Of a DNA stretch of 64,000 nucleotides, positions 62,471 through 64,000 are shown piece by piece. Each line of letters starts with the position of its first letter. The stretch's first letter is position 1. The stretch spans positions 2,546,471-2,610,470 of the forward strand of contig NC_068988.1 in the NCBI RefSeq assembly GCF_001194135.2, given 5' to 3'. The notes below the pieces were generated by a model. That model was not told where the DNA came from. It saw only the letters and a list, made by a program, of their open reading frames with translations, and ran no database searches. Source of the stretch: Octopus bimaculoides (taxonomy: Eukaryota). The position numbers were made by a program, and so were the translations under genes.

Positions 62471-62925
62471 AGCGCCAAAAAGCTTTGTTGAGGATTTTTT
62501 TTCTTTTTTAAATTATTTACATGTCTGTTCATCCATTTTACATGACTTTATTTATTAAAACTTCAGAAGTTCTTATAACTTTGGTCGTTGTAATGCTTTG
62601 CATTTGTTTGTTTAATAAAAATTTCTCCTCCTAATGACTTTGCTTTCATTTCATGATAGACAGCTGATGCCAGATTCCAATTACTGTTTTCTGATTAGGT
62701 AAAATTGATTAAAATTTAAACTTCAGTAATATTTTCCTACAACTTTTCTGGAGCAAATAAATAATGAAATCAGATTTGACGTGGAAAATTATTTCAATAT
62801 ACCAAATCTGGAAATTTTGAGGTAATTTTAAAATCTCACAATATGTGACGCAACAGGCAAGACCCTACAAAAGTAGAGAAACAGACAGTTATAGGATGTG
62901 ACACACACACACATACACATGCACG

Positions 62926-62964
<39 letters not shown>

Positions 62965-63933
62965 GTAATCAAGAGTTTAAAATGGTGTATAATAGATATA
63001 TGTATGTTTCCATGTACGTACGTATATATGTGTGTGTGTGTGTGTGTGAGTGTTTATTTACGATGGACTGCAGAAAAGCCACCTACTTCCTCTATCCTTA
63101 AAGCTACATATTCTTCGCACACCCCTTTCTGTGTGTGTGTGTATGCTTATGTGTATGTATGCGTGTGCATGTGTGTGTGTATGTGTTGTATATATGTATT
63201 TACGAAAATATGTATGCAGCGTCACGTGTATATGACAGCTGTAGTAGCGTTTCAACCCATTGCCACCGATGTTCTTGCCTTCACTGATAGAAGTCAGCAT
63301 CTTTCCGTTGCTACCTTCCCCTTAAACTAATACTTTTTGCAACCTTCTCGTTTTATCACATAATTCGCCCAACGACACTGGGAGAGGGCACATTATAGAT
63401 TCTTATTGAAATCCAGTTAGCCTATTATTGAACTGAATGTTAGTGTAACATGTATGCAAAGTTTTGTGAATATTGGTATGCTGATTTATGCTATAAGACA
63501 GTAAAAGACAGACAGACAGAAAGAAATTGCCATTGATATATATGCATACATATCTATCTATCTATCTATCTATCTATATATACAATCCAGCCGTCCTTTC
63601 CCATGGAATTTTATCTGTCTTTAGACCAAAGCCCTGAAGAGACTTATATAAACCTATATGAATTCTCTATATATCAAACAATGTATCTAAGTTTAAACGA
63701 TTTGTTGGTTCTTTTGTTTTTTTTAAATAATTTTTAATGTTGTTATATTATTTTATATTCAGAGTATATTATGTTAAAATATAAATAAATGATTAAATTG
63801 TCAATTGAATCTCTCTATTTACTTTATTGTTTGTTATTTGCATTATACCCCTATTTATGTAGTATTCAACCAACATACCAGTGAATTGGATGTTGTACAT
63901 ACCCTTTGAAGGAATTCCTTTCCTCAGTTAGTT

Positions 63934-63977
<44 letters not shown>

Positions 63978-64000
63978 TGTATATATATATTTTTATTTAT

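Noticed and set aside
884-63330. Most ORFs in the supplied track (YIYI, HTHT, CVCV, LSIY, poly-D/N/M/H, X-runs)
   Set aside because: They are translations of microsatellites or N-gaps and stay open only because those repeats lack stop codons.

Overview
AT-rich animal genomic DNA from a draft assembly with 14 N-gaps, most next to microsatellites. The repeat landscape suggests an octopus/coleoid cephalopod (inference from recalled repeat families, not a database search). I could not support any intact protein-coding gene. Most listed ORFs are translations of (TA)n, (CA)n, (TCTA)n, (GAT)n or N-runs. The window is intergenic or intronic. It contains several SINE-like families, decayed LINE fragments (two RTE, one Tx1/L1-clade, one R4/Dong-like), two Penelope-like (PLE) remnants, a mariner-derived foldback element, a small hAT-type MITE, a 59-bp minisatellite and many microsatellites. 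The most notable signal is a dispersed set of type I hammerhead-ribozyme-like motifs on both strands. Four keep every core nucleotide (6651-6739 -, 12254-12339 -, 16638-16693 +, 51657-51703 -), although three of these have a mismatched closing pair on helix II. About six more are decayed. Several have palindromic helix III, three have very long helix II, two face each other in a 356-bp foldback, and one lies at the 3' end of a PLE remnant. Self-cleavage is untested. All alignments, folds and counts were done by eye.
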